Shown: one piece after another, positions 17,481 to 20,000 of the stretch | Numbering within the stretch: the stretch's first letter is position 1 | How the letters are laid out: each line of letters starts with the position of its first letter | DNA from: Chrysochromulina tobinii | Taxonomy: Eukaryota | DNA: 20,000 bases | Reading direction: 5' to 3' | Assembly (NCBI GenBank): GCA_001275005.1 | Contig: JWZX01002904.1 | Coordinates: forward strand, 59,603 to 79,602 | Notes under the pieces: model-generated | The model's database searches: none | What the model was told of the DNA's origin: nothing | The model's input: the letters and a program-made list of their open reading frames with translations, nothing else | Program-made: the position numbers and the translations under genes

Positions 17481-17850
17481 CGCCTGTGACCACGCAGCAC
17501 TCGAAGCGCTCGTCGAGCAGCGCTGTGAGTTCATTCATTCATACACACTAGGATTCACACCCTAACCCCTCGTTTCACAAATACCAACACGTTCAACGCA
17601 ATCTCCACGTGGACCGGCAACACCTCGATGCCCGTGACCTATGTGCAATCGGTCGAAATCCGCTGCCTGGTGCACGTTGTGGCTGGAGAGCGGATCCGAG
17701 GGCGTCTTGTGCCAGGACGCCGCGGACTGACATCTGGGTGCATGCGCATTGTGCGTGTGGGTGTGAGTGAGTGGGGGTGCACGGGCACGACTCGCGCACA
17801 AGTACCCTATAATTGTTTTCCAGAAAATTCGCTGTGTGATTGTGTGTGTA

Positions 17851-18305
17851 TCGGCGATGTGCGGCTTGAGCAACACGAAGAGGAACTCGGGCACGTTGGC
17901 CATCGTGAGCTCGTACTCGACGAGCGCGTACGAGAGCAGGTTATAGTGGTGCTTGTACTTGTCCTCCAAGATGAGCACTGTCTTCGCCGAATCGAGGATC
18001 ACTCGTGCCCGAGCCACCGCAGGCACCCGCCCTCCTTCAAGAATCTGGTGGTCGAAGTTGACGTACAGCTGCTCTGTTGACGAGTGGCGCGCGAACAGCG
18101 TCGACTGCAGTTCGCTCTTGGCCGCCTCTCCCATCGCTCCCAAGCAGAGCGCCTCAAACTGTCGACCACGGTCGACGGTGCACCCGATCGTGTTGTATTC
18201 CTTGACCGCCTTCTTCGAGTCCTTGAGCTCCACGAGCTCCTGGTGGTTACAGAACTGCTCGTGCATGGACTGCTCGATGCGCCGGATGAGCTGGCGCGCC
18301 CCGAG
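17851..18305 (-). pseudogene. Axonemal (outer-arm gamma/DNAH5-8-like) dynein heavy chain N-terminal tail fragment
   Basis: ARQLIRRIEQSM..KDSKKAVKEYN..FEAL..AAKSELQSTLFARH..TEQLYVNFDHQIL..SAKTVLILEDKYKHHYNLLSYALVEYE..LLKPHIAD matches the DHC N1 region. The segment KEGGCLRWLGHE (expected about REAKCL.R.G.E) lies in another frame, which implies compensating frameshifts near 18035 and 18000. Only about 150 aa of a >4000-aa protein are present. Confidence 0.8.
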
Positions 18306-18739
18306 CTTTCTGCGCCCATGCCAAACTGTTAGGCGCCCGAAGCTGAACCCCACCCCACGTCGAGCTCTCTGCATTCTGCACACTATTCGTGAATATCAGG
18401 GGCTCCCCCGTAGAGGGGCCTATCTTCCGAGTTCACGTTTTCGTGCAGATGACTTGGAGTTGGAATCTCCAGAGATGCTGACTCAACGTGGGGTCGCAGG
18501 ATTGATTTCCAACGGCGGCCCCCATTGCGGGTGTGCAAGGTGGCGCGAAGATTAGAAGACGACGCCTAATGACGAAACCTCGCCTATGTTCCACGCTTCG
18601 CGTCGTTATTGAAAAGGTCGACGACTGTCCCGGTACGTGACGCTGTAGCGGGCGTTTGAAACAGCAAAGCCTCGCAAGAACTGCAACCCTAGGAATGGCG
18701 ACGCGGCTCGGCTGGCCTCGAGCCGCCCTCCTGTGTTCC

Positions 18740-19535
18740 CGGTCCACGATGCAGGTCCACGAGACCTGGAGCAACGGGCGAAGGCGGCGGAGCAGCATGT
18801 CACGGCGGTGGAACAACGACGGGCGAAGGCGGCGGAGCAGCATGCCACAGCGGTGGAACAGACAGCAGCGGCAGCGGAGCAGCGGGCGGCCGCGGCGGAG
18901 GAGCAGGCAGAGATGGAGCTACAGCGAGCAGAGGTGGCCGAGCGCAATTGCGAGAATGCCCACGACGAGTACCGCGCGGCGGCGGAGACCGTGGCAACGT
19001 AAAGCTCGAAGGGGAGCGGCAGCTCGAGGCGAGCGCGCATGCCGAGGCGCTGCACGAGGCGAGCACGCGCGAGGCGACGCTCAACTCGGCGCTCACGCTC
19101 GCCGACGCGCAGCTCGCGAGCGCCGAGGTGGCGCTCGAGACGGCGCTCGCGCAGCTGGATGCGGAGCGGCAGGCGGTGGCACGCACGAGGGCCGACGCGG
19201 AGCTCCTCCGAAGGACCATGAGAGCGATCTGGCGAGCCAGCTGCACACACAGAGCGAGCAAGCCCTGCGCTTGGCGGCGCTCTCCTCGGAGCTGAGCGTC
19301 GAGCTCGAAAAAGCGCGACGCGCAGCCGCCGCGGAGGTTTGCAGCCGCGCGCCACTCCATTGGCCAGCTGCAAGCACACCTCGCGGACGGCGCGGCGCTA
19401 CATGCGGCTGCAGAGGCGCGCCTCGAGCGGCAGCTGGTGGAGCGCCAGCTGGTGGAGCGCCGTCTTGAGCACGAGGCGACGGAGGCGCGGCTGGAGTGCG
19501 TGAAGCTCATGGATGCCATCGTATATCGGCGATAG
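18740..19535 (+). pseudogene. Fragment of a long coiled-coil (Ala/Glu/Gln/Arg-rich) protein gene with about 3 frameshifts
   Basis: Heptad-like text continues across frames: EQRAKAAEQH..AAAETVAT (stop 19002) / KLEGERQLEASAHAEALHE..ELLR / DHESDLASQLHTQSEQALRLAALSSELSVELEKARR / IGQLQAHLADG..KLMDAIVYRR* (TAG 19533-19535). Confidence 0.55.
18774..18860. repeat. 45-bp tandem duplication (about 2 copies)
   Basis: acgggcgaaggcggcggagcagcatgtcacggcggtggaacaacg at 18774 and acgggcgaaggcggcggagcagcatgccacagcggtggaaca at 18819. Confidence 0.88.
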
Positions 19536-19702
19536 CGGCGGCGGGCGCGTCCAGCCGCTTGTGGCGCTCGTGCGAGGCTGTCGAGCCGCGTGCGCTCGGC
19601 GTACATCAAGGCGGTGTGCCTCGTGGGCTCACTCGACGAGGGCGACGGGCCCAAGCAGGCGGGCGTGTACACCAAGCTGATGGTGAACACACGCATCGAC
19701 GC

Positions 19703-20000
19703 GACCTGGTGCAGAGCGTGCTCACACTCGCGGCGCACCTGCGCCACCTCGACCTCGAGGGCCTCGGGGTGGGCGTGGACGAGGCGGTCGCGCTCGTCTC
19801 GGCGGGCCGCGCGCTGCGGACGCTGAGGCTGGGTAAGTGGGTGATGCCCGTGGGCGAGCTGCAATCAAACGAGTCGGTGTCGACGAGCGGCCTGGCGGTG
19901 GGCGAGGGCGAGGGCGCCGTCGTGGGCGCGCTCCTCAAGGCGAGCACCAGCCTGTCGACGCTCGATCTGAGCGGCTCGTCATGCGCGGCCGAGGCGGCGC
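19703..20000 (+). pseudogene. Leucine-rich repeat (RNase-inhibitor/NLRC3-like) coding fragment, open to the window end
   Basis: Not in the ORF track. The frame from 19703 reads DLVQSVLTLAAHLRHLDLEGLGVGVDEAVALVSAGRALRTLRLGKWVMPVGEL..GLAVGEGEGAVVGALLKASTSLSTLDLSGS, with LxxLxL motifs. Upstream protein-like text (19590-19700) is in a different frame. Confidence 0.6.

Noticed and set aside
17540..17575. ccctaaccc telomere-like motif and a nearby CTAG at a fragment junction
   Set aside because: There are only about 1.5 repeat units and no clear GC hairpin upstream of the CTAG, which is insufficient for a telomere or a Helitron end.
18398..18422. Possible GC-rich hairpin ggctcccccgtagaggggcc
   Set aside because: The stem is imperfect and is not followed by CTRR or a U-tract. 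It is likely chance.
19428..19462. 15-bp duplication (ERQLV x2)
   Set aside because: It is a trivial slippage repeat in a degenerate coiled-coil fragment.

Overview
High-GC eukaryotic genomic DNA, most likely from a photosynthetic, flagellate protist. A haptophyte-like alga is my inference from the CCB3, axonemal dynein and LRR style, and it is not proven. The window starts with the 3' end of a CCB3/YGGT gene (+). Convergent with it is an uninterrupted 15.5-kb ORF (-, 5165 aa) with an architecture I do not recognise from any described protein. It has about 25-27 repeated ~110-aa putative beta-sandwich units and nine divergent OmpA-C-like domains that are inserted inside those units. It also has a canonical EF-hand pair, Gly/Tyr/Pro-rich loops, a C-terminal annexin-like core and a 20-aa tandem-repeat tail. 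The repeat array continues about 630 bp further upstream across two frameshifts and is then cut off abruptly. From ~16640 to the end, the window is a patchwork of short, indel-riddled fragments of unrelated genes: an unknown protein, a sacsin-like piece, an axonemal dynein heavy chain piece, a coiled-coil piece and an LRR piece. All domain calls are by-eye motif recognition, and no searches were run.
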